Assembly (NCBI GenBank): GCA_014905635.1
Contig: JABVCE010000021.1
Location: forward strand, 620,001-684,000
Direction of reading: 5' to 3'
Origin: Scenedesmus sp. PABB004
Taxonomy: Eukaryota
Length of the DNA stretch: 64,000 nt
The notes under the pieces were generated by a model. It was not told the DNA's origin. It was given only the letters and a program-made list of their open reading frames with translations, and did no database searches. A program made the translations under genes and the position numbers. This document shows, piece after piece, positions 1 through 12,080 of this stretch. The first letter of the stretch is position 1; each line of letters opens with the position of its first letter.

Positions 1-1274
1 TCAGCCTGCTGCATGTCGACTCGAGCGCCGCGGCGGGCGACGCGGCCGCCGAGGCGGGCGCGGCGCTCGCGCGGCTGCGCGCCGCCGTCGCCGCGGCGGG
101 CTGCCGCGAGCCGCTGCTGGTGGTGCAGCTGCAGGACGCGTTTGCAAGCGACGCGGAGCTCGGCGACGCGCTCGCGGCGCAGGCGCTCGCGGCGCGGCTC
201 GCGGACGCGCGGCTGCAGGAGCAGGGGCAGCACGCGCAGGAGCAGGGCCAGGGCCCAGAGCAGCAGCAGCAGCCGCAGGCGCAGGGGCAGCCGCAGGGCC
301 AGCAGCAGCCAGGCGCCGCCACGGCGCAGCCAGCGGGCTCTGACCCCAGGCTCGCGCGGCTGCACGCTCTGCTGGCCGCGGTGGCCGACCCCACGGGCCG
401 CGAGGACGTCGCCGCGCACCTGCAGGACGCGCTGCTGCGCCGCGCGGCGGCCGCGGTCGGCGCGGGCCGGCTGCTGCGCGGCGACTGCGCGAGCCGCGTC
501 GCGGCGCGGGTCATCGCGGACGCCGCCAAGGGCCGGGGCTTCTCGCTGCCCGCCGACATCCAGGCGCTCGACGCGCGGCACAGCGGCGGGCCGGTCGTGG
601 CCTACCCGCTGCGCGACGTCACGCGCGGCGAGGCGGTCGCGCTGTGCGCGCACCGCGGCCTCGCCTGGGCGGAGCGCGACGGCGCGGCCGCGGCCGCGGC
701 GCCCGCGCGCGGCGCCGGCGGCCGGGGGAGCGGCGGCAGTGTCAACGCGCTCGCGGCGCGCTTCGTGGAGGACATGCAGCGCGGCCTGCCCGCGTCGGTG
801 TACACCGTCCTGCGCACCGCGGCGCACCTGCAGGCGTTTGACTTCAACCTCCCCGACGCCGTCCCCGCGGCCGCGGCGCACGCGGCGCGCGCGGCCGCGC
901 GGCGCGGCGGCGGCGGCGGCAGCGAGCAGCCGGAGCAGGCCGCGGCCGCGGCGGCGCCGCGGCGCCCGCGCGGCGGCGGCGCGTGGCGGCTCTGCGGCGT
1001 GTGCGCCGCGCCGCTGCCGGACGGCGAGCCCGCGCCGTGCGCGGCGGCCGACGCGCGCGCGCTCGCGCAGCGCCGCGCGCTGGCGGGCCTCGGCGGCGAG
1101 CACGCGGCCGCGCTGTGCTACAGCTGCAACCGCCAGGTGCTGCAGCGCCTCGCGCCGGGCGACGGTGGCGGCGGCGGGCTGGCTGCGCTGCGCGCGCTGC
1201 TGCCGCCGGGCACACTGCTGGACGACGACGACGAAGACGACAGCGGCGGCGGCGCAGATGACGGCGCGCGTTGA
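1..1274 (+). CDS. CTU2: Cytoplasmic tRNA 2-thiolation protein 2 (5'-truncated by window)
   Basis: Frame is open from the window start. Motifs GDCASRVAARVIADAAKGRGFSLP, YPLRD, SVNALAARFVEDMQRGLPASVYTVLRT and C-terminal CGVC...LCYSC match CTU2/Ncs2. Confidence 0.85.
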   Translation, partial: SLLHVDSSAAAGDAAAEAGAALARLRAAVAAAGCREPLLVVQLQDAFASDAELGDALAAQALAARLADARLQEQGQHAQEQGQGPEQQQQPQAQGQPQGQQQPGAATAQPAGSDPRLARLHALLAAVADPTGREDVAAHLQDALLRRAAAAVGAGRLLRGDCASRVAARVIADAAKGRGFSLPADIQALDARHSGGPVVAYPLRDVTRGEAVALCAHRGLAWAERDGAAAAAAPARGAGGRGSGGSVNALAARFVEDMQRGLPASVYTVLRTAAHLQAFDFNLPDAVPAAAAHAARAAARRGGGGGSEQPEQAAAAAAPRRPRGGGAWRLCGVCAAPLPDGEPAPCAAADARALAQRRALAGLGGEHAAALCYSCNRQVLQRLAPGDGGGGGLAALRALLPPGTLLDDDDEDDSGGGADDGAR

Positions 1275-1427
1275 AAAAAAACCTGTGCCGAGCTACCACG
1301 ACCACGCCTTTGGCGGCCACTCCCGGGACGCGGCTGGCACGCACCGCGCCCACGCAGCGGCGAACGCAGTGCCAGCAGCAGCGACGCCACCCAGCACGCC
1401 CGCTCGCTCCGCGGACGCGCTCGCAAC

Positions 1428-3996
1428 ATGCTGCTGGCGCGTCGTGTGGGCGTGCCGGCCCGGGCGCAGCCGTCGGCCGCGCGGAGCTGGTGCGTGGACG
1501 CACGTCGAATGCGTGCCATGGCGCGCCCCGCCCGGCGCTACAGGCGCCGCAACGCCGCAACGCCACGTCCGATCGACACATGCGCCCGCCACGCCCTCGC
1601 AGGACGCCGCCCGCGCGCCAGCTCGTCGTGCTGAGAGCGAAAGGCGCGATGCCCGCTGCCGCCGCTGCCGCTGCTGCGGGCCGCGGCCCACGCCGCGCCC
1701 CGCCGCCCTCCCCGCAGGCGCCAACGGCGGTCGCCGCCGCAGCGCCTCGGCGAGCCGCAGTCCCGACGCCGACGAGCCCCCGCCGCCGGCGGTGCAGCTC
1801 GCGAACGCGGCGGCGGACCGCGCGGGCGCGGCCGACGCCACGCCGCCGCCGCCGCCGCCGGCGGTGCAGCTCGCCGACGCGGCGGCCGAGCAGCAGGCGC
1901 CCGGCGGCGGCGCAGGCCCCCCGCGCGCGCCGGCGGCGACCGGGGGCGCCGGCGCCGCGTCCACACCGGCAGACGTGGTGATCGGCGGCATCGCCTCCGC
2001 GGCAGAGGGCGTGGAGGGCGCCATCGCGCAGGGCGCGGAGGCCGCGCAGATCGGCATCGCGGGCGCGGCCGACCTCGCGACGCAGGGCGTCGCCGCCGCC
2101 GAGGCGGCGGCCGGCGACGCCGCGGCCGCGCTCAGCGCCGCGGCCGACGGCGCGGCGGCGGCGGCGGCGGCCGCGCTCGGCGGCGTCGCGGGCGCCGCGG
2201 AGGGCGCGGCGGCCGACACCGCGGCGGGCAACGGCAACGGCGCGGGCGCCGGCCCCGCCGCGGCGAGCGGGTCGTTTGACTCGGTCAACGTCCGCGTGCC
2301 GGCGAGCATGGCGTGGGCCAACGCCACGCCCGCCAAGGGCCGCGTGCGGGACATGACGCTGACGCAGGACTTTGACGAGGAGGAGGTGGAGGGGCTCAAG
2401 GTCAAGGTGGGTTGAGGGGCTGTCCTAAAACCCGCGTGGGCGCAGGCGGGGCGGCGAGCTCGTCACGGCGGCGGGCTGTGGCCCCTCGCGCCGCGGCCGC
2501 GCCCTCACGCCGCCGCCGCCGCCGCCGCCGCTGTCAGATCCTGGCGGCCGTCGCCTCCCTCGACCGCGGGCTCGCCGCCAACGTGCGCAGAAGGGGGAGG
2601 GGGCGGGGCAGTAGGGCGCCGAGCGCGCCGAGCGCGCCGCGCGGCGCCCTGCCGAGGCCGCTGCCCGGCCGCTCCGCCGATCGCTCGGGCACGTGACGGC
2701 GCGCCGCGCCGCCGGCCGCAGGTGCGCGAGGCGGGCGACGTGGACGCGCTGTGCCGGCAGCTCGAGGACGCGGCCGGGCCTGTGACGTTGAAGTGGGCGA
2801 CCAGCCGCAGCAGCCCCGACGCGTCGACGATGGACAGGCTCGCGGGTGAGCCAGGGGCCCCGGCCGGGCGCCGCCCGCGCCGCCCGCCGCGCGCGCCCGC
2901 CGCGCGCGCCCCGCGCGCGCGCGCCGCCGCGCGCCCACCCCACCACCGCCGGCGCCTGCACGCCTGTACGCCGCGGGGGGCGCCAGGCACGTGGCGGCTC
3001 ATCTACTCGAGCGGCTTCAACGGCGGCAGCCTCGGCGGGCGCCGCCCCGGGCCGCCCGCGGGGCTGGTGCCGACGGTGCTGGGCCAGGTGTATCAGGTCA
3101 TCGACGCCGACAAGGTGGGCGCTGCCAGGGCTGTGATGGTGTTTTGTGTCTGCGTTTGTGTTGTGTGTTGCATCCAAGGGTGCCGCGCCGCCCGCGCCGC
3201 CGCCGCGCCAACTGCGCAGCCTGCCGACCGCGCCGACCGCCGCCCGCGCCGCCCGCCGCCACTGCGCGCCGCTGCGCGCCGCGGCGGACACACACGCGCG
3301 CGCGCAGATGCTGCTTGACAACGTGGTGGAGCTGCTCGCCGCGCTGGGCGCGCCGCGGCTGCCCTTCCTGCCGCCCCCCGAGCCGGCGCCGACGCCGGGG
3401 CTGCGGCTGTGTCTGCGCCACAGCTACGAGGTCGCGCAGCCCAACCGCGTGACGATCGTGTTCGAAAACACCAGCGCCCGCGCGATCGGCCCGGAGCTGC
3501 TGCAGGCGCGCTCGCGCGCACGGCGGGCCGCGCGCGGCAGGGGCGGCGGCGGGTCCCGGGTGGGGGGGGGGGGAGGGGGGGCGTCGGGCGGCGCGCGCCG
3601 GGTGCGCCGCGCTGCGCGCGCGCCGCCAAGGCCCCTCCGCTGCCGCCGCCGCCGCCGCAGGGCCTGCCGGAGTTTGCGGTGCCGGAGCTGCCAGACTTCC
3701 TCAAGCCGCCCAAGAGCTTCAGGCGCGGGCCGCTCCCACGCCGGCTGCCGCGGCGCGCACGCACGCTCGTACGCTGCAGCGCAGCTCAGCGCCGCCGCGC
3801 CGCCGCCGCCACTGCCGCCGCCGCCGCGCCGCCGCCGTCGCCGCCGCCGCGCCGATGCGCGTCCAGGTCGGCCTCGTTTGATGTGACCTTCCTGGACGCG
3901 TCGATGCGCGTCACGCGCGGCGACCGCGGCGAGCTGCGCCTCTACCTGCGCGACGCGCCGCTCGGTCCCGCGGCCGCGCCCGAGTACGTCGACTGA
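1428..3996 (+). CDS. Plastid lipid-associated protein / fibrillin (PAP_fibrillin), 9 exons
   Basis: Spliced model 1428-1489, 1603-1643, 1718-2406, 2538-2582, 2722-2845, 2987-3114, 3308-3505, 3661-3722, 3867-3996. Motifs LDRGLAAN, GTWRLIYSS, LGQVYQVID, FDVTFLDASMRVTRGDRGELR; transit-peptide-like N-terminus. Confidence 0.85.
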
Positions 3997-4138
3997 CGCG
4001 GCGGCGGGCGACTGGGGGCTGAGCGCGCGGCGCGGCAGTTCTTGGGGGAAGTTGGAGAGTTGGTCGTCGCGGCGGTCGTGCGCGCCAAACCGCGCGTAAC
4101 GCGCTGCTGGCGCGACAGGCCCCCCGCCGCCCATGCTG

Positions 4139-4143
4139 TGTAA
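4139..4143 (+). promoter_or_regulatory. TGTAA polyadenylation signal (fibrillin gene)
   Basis: Chlorophyte UGUAA signal about 140 nt after the stop at 3996. Confidence 0.55.
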
Positions 4144-4258
4144 CACGGAACGCCTCGATCATTGCCCAGACGCGGCAGACGCGGCAGCAGACGGCGCGGC
4201 CGGACCGGCGGCGCTCGCCGCCGAGCGGCTCGACGAGCGGCGGCTGGCACACGCAGCG

Positions 4259-7200
4259 ATGTCGCTGCGGGCCGCGTTGGTGTCGGGGCGGTGCCCGTCA
4301 GCCGCTCGCTCGCTCCGTGCGCCGCTGGGCGCGCCGGCGCGGCTGCGGCGGCGTGCATGCGCCGGCGTGCTGCGGCGCGATCGCTCTGCGCAGCGCTGCG
4401 CGCCGCCGGAAGCGGTCAGTCGCGATGCTGGTGATGCCGAACTGTCGTACGTGCGGGTGCTGGCTGCGCTGCTGGCCGTCGCGCTGAGCATCGAGTCGTT
4501 GACGCCAACGTGGCCGCTGCTGCCCGCGGCGGCGGCGGCGGCGGAGGAGCAGCAGGCGCAGCAGGTGCAGCAGGAGCAGCAGGCGCAGCAGCAGGCGCAG
4601 CAGCCGCCAGGATCGCCCCACGTCGAGCCGGGCGCGCAGGACCAGCGGCAGTGGTGGACGGCCGACGCGGGCGCGTGGCTGGAGCTGGCGTCGCCGGCCG
4701 AGCTGACGGCCTTCATGTCCGCCACCCAGCCGGCGCCGGCCTGGCCGGCGCTGCCGCACGCCCCGCCGCGGCTGCGGCTGCTGGAGTTTTACGCGGGGTG
4801 GTGCCCCGCGTGCAGGGCGGCCGCGCCGGGCATGGCGGCCGCGGCGGCCGACCCGGCGCTGCGCGGCGCGTGCGTGTTTGCGCGCGCCAACGTTGACCGC
4901 GTGCGCCCCGCGCTCAAGGCCCTCGGCATCACCCGCATCCCTACCGTCCTGCTGCTCGGGCCCGACGGCGGCCTGCTCGACACGCTGCGCGCCGACGGCG
5001 CCGTCGTGCGCGAGGCCGTCGCGGCGCACGCGGGCGCGCTCGCCGGCGGCGCCGGCGCGGAGCAGCCCGCGGCGCCCGTGCCCCGCGGCGCGCTGCCGGC
5101 GCCGCCGGCCGGCGAGGAGCCCGCGCCGTCAGAGGTGGACGGCGCCGGCCCGGGCGGCGCCGCGTGCGGCATGGCGCCGGAGCCCGCCTGCGCCGGCCCG
5201 CCGCCCGCCGCGGCGCCCGCCGCTGGCGCCCCGGCCGCGGCCGGCCCTGGCCGCGACGGCGGTGCGAACGTGGCGGCGCTCGCGGCGGCCAAGGCCGCCT
5301 TCCTTGCTGCGCACGGCGGGGAGTACGGCTACGCCGGCTGGCTGGAGTCTCACTGGCAGGAGGAGGTCGGGGACCGCCTGGGGCCCGGGCACCACTACCT
5401 GGACGCCACGGGTGCGGCCGCGCCCTGCGTGCTGCGCCGGCAGCGCGGGCACGCTGCCGCGCGGCGCCCCGGCCACGCGCGCCGACCGCCCGCCCCGCCC
5501 GCCCCGCCCCGCCCCGCCCGCCCCGCCCCGCCCCGCCCCGCCCCGCCCCGCCCCGCCCCGCCCCGCCCCGCCCCGCCCCGCCCCGCCCCGCCCCGCCCCG
5601 CCCCGCCCCGCCCCGCCCCGCCCGCCCCGCCCCGCCCCGCCCCGCCCCGCCCCGCCCGCCCCGCCCCGCCCCGCCCCGCCCCGCCCCGCCCCGCCCCGCC
5701 CCGCCCGCCCCGCCCCGCCCCGCCCGACCAGGCGCCGCGCTCGTCCCCGCGTCGCTGCTGCGCGAGGCTTTTGCCGACCTGCTGGCCACGAGCTACGGCA
5801 ACCCGCACTCCCTCGGCGCGCCGCCGGGCGCGGCCGGGCGGGCGGCGCCGCCGGCGGCGCGGCGCCGCGCGTGACGCCCGCGGCGGCGAGCGAGGCGGCG
5901 CTGGGCGAGGCGGCGCTGGCGGTGATGGCGCACATGCGGGCCGACCCGGCAGCCTACGCTGTTGTGTTCACACGGTCAGCGTGCGCCACACACGCCTGAG
6001 GGAGGCGGGGTGCGGCAGCCGGGCCGGCGCGCGGTGCCCGCGCGCCGCCCGACGAGCACCCGCGCGCGCGCGCCGCCGCCGCCGCCGCGCAGGTCGGCCA
6101 CGGAGGCGCTGAAGCTCGTCGCCGAGCTCTTCCCCTGGTCGGCGGCGCCGCGCGGCGGGGACGGGGACGGCGGCGCGCCGCTGGCGGGGCGCGGCGCGGG
6201 CGCCGGCGCGGCCGGCCTGGACGCGGGCGGCGCGGGCGGCGCAGCGGCGGCCGCGCCCGGCGGCGGCAGCAAGTTCATCTATCTGCGAAGCAACCACAAC
6301 AGCGTGCTCGGCGTGGGCGCCGTCGCGGCCGCCGCGGGGGCGCAGCTGCTGCCCGTCAGCGAGGCGCAGATGGAGGCCTGGCTGCCTGCCGCGGCGGCGC
6401 CGCCGCCGCCGCCGGCGCAGGCCCTGCCCCGGCAGCAGCAGCCGGGCGGCGGCTGGCCGCTGCCCTGGCGGCGCGACCAGCAACGTGAGCAGCAGGCGCA
6501 GCAGGCGCAGCAGGCGCAGCAGCCGGTGCTGCACCTCGTCGCGTGGCCGGCGCAGGACAACTTTGCGGGCGTGATCTACCCGGCCGGCTGGGTCGAGCGG
6601 GTGCGGTGGGCGCAACGCTCCGCGCGGCGCGCTCCGCATGACGCGCCCGCCGCCGTGCCAGGCCCACCCGCCTGGCACGGCTGGCCGCCGGCGAGTCGCA
6701 GGTGCACGCCGCGTCGAGCGACACGGACCGTTACCTGACGCTGCTGGATGCCGCGGCGTTTGTGCCGACGCACCCGCTCGACCTCACCGCCCACCCGGCA
6801 GACTTTGTGGTTGTGAGCTTCTACAAGCAGTTCGGGTGAGCAGGGGGAGCAGCAGGACCGGCGGCAGGAGGCCTCCCCCCCCCCAGCGCGTGCGCGCGTC
6901 GGCGTGCGTTGCCCGGCTGCGGCTCACGCCAGCGCCGCCCCGCCGCCCGCCCGCAGCTACCCCACGGGCGTGGGCGCGCTCGTGCTGCGCACAGAGCTGG
7001 TGCCACTGCTCAAAAAGGCGCGGCTGCGGCCGCGGCGGCGGCTGGGCCTGGCCAGCGCGCCGCGCCGCGCGCCGTGCTCCGCGCTCCGTGCGCCTCGCCG
7101 CCGCGGCGCACGCCGCCCGCCCCCGCGCCGCCGCCCTGCCGCTCGTTCAGACCTACTTTGGCGGCGGCAGCGTCGCGCTCGCGACGCCCGAGGGCTGCTG

Positions 7201-7932
7201 GTCGGTCGCCAAGTGCGAGCCGTCGGCGGCGCTGAGCGACGGCAGCCCCAACTGGGCGGGCGCGGCGGCGCTGCTGGCAGCGTATCGCGGCTGGGACGCG
7301 CGCGGCGGCGCGGAGGTGCGGCGGGCCCCTGCGGGCGGGCAGAGCACCGCCGACGCCGCGCTGCCGGCGCCGCGCCGCCGACGCCGCCCCGCTGACCCCC
7401 GCCCGGCCCGGTGCAGGCGGTCGAGGCGCACACGCAGGCGCTCGCGGGCTGGACCTACGCGCAGCTGGCCGCGCTGCGCCACGCCAACGGCGCGCCGGTG
7501 CTGCGCCTCTACGGCAAGCACGCCGCGCAGTGGCCGGCCGGCGGCGCCGCCGCGCCGTCGGCGCCGCCGGTGCAGGGCGCGGTGTTCACGTTCACCGTCC
7601 TCTCGCCCGACGGCGCGCCGCTGCCGCACAGCGCCGTGTCGCGCGCCGCCGCGGCCGCGGGGCTGGACGTGCGCGCGGGCTGCGTGTGCAACCCCGGCGC
7701 GTGCCAGGACGCGCTCGGGCTCGCGCCCGACGAGGTGCGCGGCCTCGCCGGCCTCACACAGGGCTGCGGCGACGAGCTTGACTTCGTGACGGTAAGGCGC
7801 GACGCACCCGGCGGCGGCCGCGCCGTCGAGGTCGCGCTGCCGACCGGCGCCGTGCGCGCGTCGCTCGGCTGGGCGAGCACGTTTGAGGACGCGGCGGCGC
7901 TCGTGGAGTGGGTGCGCGGGTACGTCCAGTGA
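4259..7932 (+). CDS. Thioredoxin-like domain fused to molybdenum-cofactor-sulfurase-like PLP (aminotransferase class V) domain; no MOSC domain; apparent 1-nt frameshift near 5836-5842
   Basis: Exon 1 encodes LEFYAGWCPAC...GITRIPTVLL, then HYLDATG. Later exons encode YGNPHS, VFTRSATEALKLVAELFPW, NHNSVLG, LLDAA, SFYKQFGYPTGVGAL, YFGGG, RAGCVCNPGAC, GAVRASLGWASTFED. Introns 5412-5731, 5975-6092, 6601-6701, 6836-6956, 7018-7150, 7316-7416. Confidence 0.8.
5490..5725. repeat. (CCCCG)n microsatellite in intron
   Basis: Long, nearly pure pentamer run inside intron 5412-5731. Confidence 0.95.
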
Positions 7933-8189
7933 ACGACGCGCGTCGCCCGCGTCGCACGGCGTGGGCGGCCCGGCGGGCGGCAGCGGCGCAAGGCTCAAGG
8001 CGCGGCGGCGGCGCAGGGCTCAGCCGCCTGCTCGGGCAGGGCCTGCCGCCCGACCAGTGCACCGGCCGCCCGCGTTTGCGCACACGGACTGCCAGCGGCA
8101 GGAGCGGCTCTAGCAGCGCAGCGCCAGCGCTTCGCGGCGGCAGCAGCGCCCGCCCTTCCCCGCGCCCCTGCTCCGCGCGCCGGGCAATC

Positions 8190-8799
8190 ATGATCACCAG
8201 GCGGGCCTTCAGCCCCGCTAGGGCTGCTCCAGGTGCGCCGCGCGTTCGCCGGGGCCGCGCCAGCGTGGACACCGGTGGTCCATCTCAGCACCCGCGCGGC
8301 AGGCGGCCAGCGCCCGCGCGCGCGCGCCCCCTGATGCGCCGCTGCGATCTCGCCCCTGGACCGCCCTGGACCGACGCCCCGCTGCCCGCCGCGCACCCCG
8401 CCCCCACTCGCGCCAGGGCGCGCGGCCTGTGCCGTCCGAGGGCCGCCCAGGCGCGCGCCCAGGGCGCCCGGAGCGCTGCCCCACGCGGTGCCGGTCGCCG
8501 CCGGCGCCGACGCGGCGGCCCCGGACGCGGCGCTTGCGCGCCTGCTGCTCGCCCGCCTGGCAACGGCGACGCCGGGGCCCGGGGCGGCCGGCCCCGGCCG
8601 CGCCGCCGCGCCCGGCGCGGGCGCCGGCAGCGCGCGGCGCGCGTTCGCGGTGCTCGAGTCGACCGACGACGAGCGCGAAGCCGGGCGCCTCGCCGCGGCG
8701 GGCGCGCTCTGCCTGGTGACGTACAGCGAGGACGACGCTGGCGGCGCCGGCGGCGGCGCGGCCGACACGCTCTGCATCTGCTCCTACGACGACGAGTGA
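8190..8799 (+). CDS. Small hypothetical protein, probably plastid-targeted, 2 exons
   Basis: ATG at 8190; GT-AG intron 8233-8416 joins in frame to the ORF ending ALCLVTYSEDD...TLCICSYDDE*. Confidence 0.55.
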
Positions 8800-9677
8800 C
8801 CGCGGCGGGCGCGGGCGACACACAATTGTGCGCCGCCGCCGCCCCCCAGATGCCCCAACGCGGGCGCGGGGCGGGGCCGGCGCCACGCCGCGGCGGCGTC
8901 AACCGCCGGCGGACGGGGAGCACTGCGCTTTGGAGGGCGGCGAGAGCGAGACGACAGTTTTGCGTTGGGGACGGGCGACCGGGCGCGCGCGCAGACTTCT
9001 GTGCGCGCGCCCGCGCGCCCGCGCCCCTCATGTGTGCGGTGCGGCGCCCCCGCGCGGGCCGCGACTGCGCGCGCACGTGCCGCCCGACGGCGCGGCCGCG
9101 GCCCCGGCGCGACGCGAGGCCGTGGCCGTCGCCGTCGGCGGCAGTTTTCCGTGCGCGGCCGCTGCGTGTACCTCGATCAGTGCTCGCGTGTGGTGCGTGC
9201 GAGGCCCTCGCCTCTCCTCGGGGCTGCCGCGCGGGCCGCTCGCCCCGCGGCAGCCCGGCGCTTGTCGTGTCGTGCGTGTGTGACTCGGGGCGACGGCGGC
9301 GGCGCTTTTTCACGCGCGCCGCCGCCGGGGGGTGGTGCTGTGAAACGCACGGGGAGGGGGTGCGCTCCACGGCGACGGCGTGCGACCCGCAGCGGGACTT
9401 TTACCGCGGCGCTGAGCCCTCCTCGCAGCCCGGTGCCGCTCGTGTCCTCCTCCGCGTCCTGCAGTCGCGTCCACCTCCCGTCGTGCCGCCGCCGCCGCCG
9501 TCGCGGCCCCCTGCGCTGCTCCGCCGCCACCGCCGCCGCCGCGTGCGCTGCTGCTCGGCCACCGCCGCCGCTCCTGAGGGGTACGCCACTGCCCGGCCGC
9601 CAGTCGCATTGCCTCCCTGCGTCGATCACCTCTCCCCTCGCGCGAGCGTGCGGGCTGCTTCGCCGGCAGCGCGCGGC

Positions 9678-10792
9678 ATGGCGCAGCAGCAGCCGTCGGG
9701 CGCGGCGCCGGGCGCCGCCGGGGTCACCATCCCCGTGTTCAAGCACAAGGAGGACATGCGCGCCTTCTCCCGCGCTCAGAAGCGCGCGGGCAAGACCGTG
9801 GCGCTCGTGCCGACGATGGTGCGGGCGGCGGCGTGCGCGCCGCAGCGGTTGCCGCGCCCGCCGGCCGCCAACCGCCGCGCGCACCGCCGCCGCGCAGGGC
9901 TACCTCCACGCGGGCCACATCTCGCTGGTGGAGGCGGCCAAGTGCGCCCGGCCGCGCGTCGCCGCCGCGCGGCTCGCGCCGCGCCGCGCGCCGGGGCCGC
10001 GCGTGACGCGCGTGACGCGCCGCCGCGCAGGCAGCGCGCGGACGTGGTGGTCGCGTCGATCTACATCAACCCCACGCAGTTCAGCGCCAACGAGGACTTT
10101 GACGTCTACCCGCGCGACCCGGTGCGACACGACCGCTCGCAGGACAGCGACGACCGCTCGCAGGACAGCGCCGCACACTCGCAGGACAGCGCCGCGCGCT
10201 CGCATGACAGCGCCGCGCGCTCGCAGGACAGCGCCGCAAGCTCGCAGAACAGCGTCGCGCGCTCGCAGGACAGCGCCGCGCGCTCGCAGGACAGCGCCGC
10301 GCGCTCGCAGGACAGCGCCGCCTCGCAGGCCTCTCCGCGCCGGGCGGCAGCGGCGGCGGCGGCGGCGACGGGGGTGCTCGCCGCGCCACGGCTGCGCCGC
10401 GCCGCGCCGCGCCGCCGCAGGTCAGCGACCGGCAGCAGCTGCAGGCGGCGGGCTGCGCCGCGGTGTTTGAGCCGGAGGGCAGCCTCTATCACCAAGGTGC
10501 GCCGGCCCGGCCGCCCGCCGCGCTCCGCCCCCGTGTGCCGCGCGCGGGCGCTCCGCCCCCACGTGCCGCGCGCGGGCGGCCGTGCAGCCGAGCGGCCGAG
10601 CCGCCCCGGCGCCGCCGCCCCGGCCGCGCGCGCGCGCGCGCAGCGGGCGCCGCGGGCGACGCTGGCAACGTAGTCGGGCGGGAGAGCGGGCACCCGGACG
10701 CGCACGAGACGTGGGTGACGGTCGAGCGCCTGCAGCGCGGCCTCTGCGGCGACTCGCGGCCCCACTTCTTCCGCGGCGTCGCCACGGTGCGC

Positions 10793-10830
<38 letters not shown>

Positions 10831-11762
10831 ACCCGCACCCGCACCCGCACCCGCACCCGCACCCGCGCCGGCGCGCCGCCGGCCCGCCCGCCCGCCGCCG
10901 CGCCGTCGCCGCGCCCCGCGCCCCACGCCCGCCGCGCGCCCTCCCCTCCCTGCCCTCCCTGCGTGCCCTCCCCCGCCCCTGCCCGCGCTGGGCAGGTGGT
11001 GAGCAAGCTCTTTCACATCGTGGAGCCGGACGTGGCGGTGTTTGGGCGCAAGGACTACCAGCAGTGGCGCGTCATAACGCGTATGGTCCGCGACCTCGAC
11101 TTCCCGGTGGCCATCGTCGGCATGCCCATCGCGCGCGAGGCCGACGGCCTCGCGATGAGCAGGCGCGGCGGGGCGGGCGGGCGCGGCGGGCGGGCGGCGG
11201 GCGGGCGTGTGTGATGGGTGGGAATGGTGGGCGCGCGCGCGCGGCGGCGGGTGTGCTGACCGCGGCCGCCCCGCCCCGACCCCGCCCCGGCCCCGCCCCG
11301 CGCGCAGCCGCAACGCGCGGCTGTCCCCCGAGTCGCGGGCCGCCGCGCTCAGCATCAGCGCCGCGCTGCGCTGGGCCGCGGGTGCGGCCGCGGCGGGCGG
11401 CGCGGGCGCGGCCGCGCCGGCCATCGCGGCCGAGGTGCGCGCCCGCATCGCCGCGGCGGGCGGGCAGGTGGACTATGTCGAGGTGCGGCGCGCGGCGCGG
11501 CACGCGGGAGGGCGAGGCAGGCCTCGGGGCGTGCCGGGCGTGCGCGGCGCGCGGCCCCAGGCGCTGAGCCCGGCCGCCGCCGCCGCCGCCGCCGCCGCTC
11601 GTGCGCGCGCAGCTGCGGGACGCCGACAACCTCGCGCCCGTGGCCGACGCGGGCGCGCAGCCGACGCTGCTCGCGGTCGCGGCGCACTTCCCCGCGCGCG
11701 ACCGCGGCACGGTGCGCCTGATCGACAACGCCGTGCTGGGCGGCGGCGACGAGGACGCGTGA
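9678..11762 (+). CDS. panC: Pantoate--beta-alanine ligase (pantothenate synthetase), 8 exons
   Basis: [67 protein letters not shown] assembled across 7 introns. Confidence 0.95.
10133..10329. repeat. 21-bp minisatellite (CGCTCGCAGGACAGCGCCGCG), about 9 copies, in panC intron
   Basis: Tandem copies visible inside intron 10122-10420. Confidence 0.95.
10797..10870. repeat. (GCRCCC)n hexamer repeat in panC intron
   Basis: Direct observation. Confidence 0.9.
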
Positions 11763-12080
11763 TGCAACAGGGGGGCGATCGCCCGCGAGCCGCGCTTCAG
11801 CGCGAGTGCCGCCGCCGCCGCCGCCGTGCCGCAGCGCCCGCCGATCATCGCGCGCGGCCGGCCATCGCGCTGCGACCGACTCGCACAGTCTTCAGCGCCC
11901 CCCGCGTGCGGACGCGGCGTCGCTCTCGCGACGCGCCAGCCGGGAGAGCACGCGGTACTCCGCGAGCCCGCCCCGCGGCCCTCGCTGCGCGAGCACCGTG
12001 GCGCAGCCCTCATTCAGCATCAGTGACTTCCCCTCGACCTCCCCGGGCCGCCCCGCGAGCTTGAAAACATGTCTCACTCA

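Noticed and set aside
4133..4258. Upstream ATG at 4133 as start of the Trx-sulfurase
   Set aside because: It overlaps the fibrillin TGTAA signal at 4139; ATG 4259 gives a better transit-peptide-like start.
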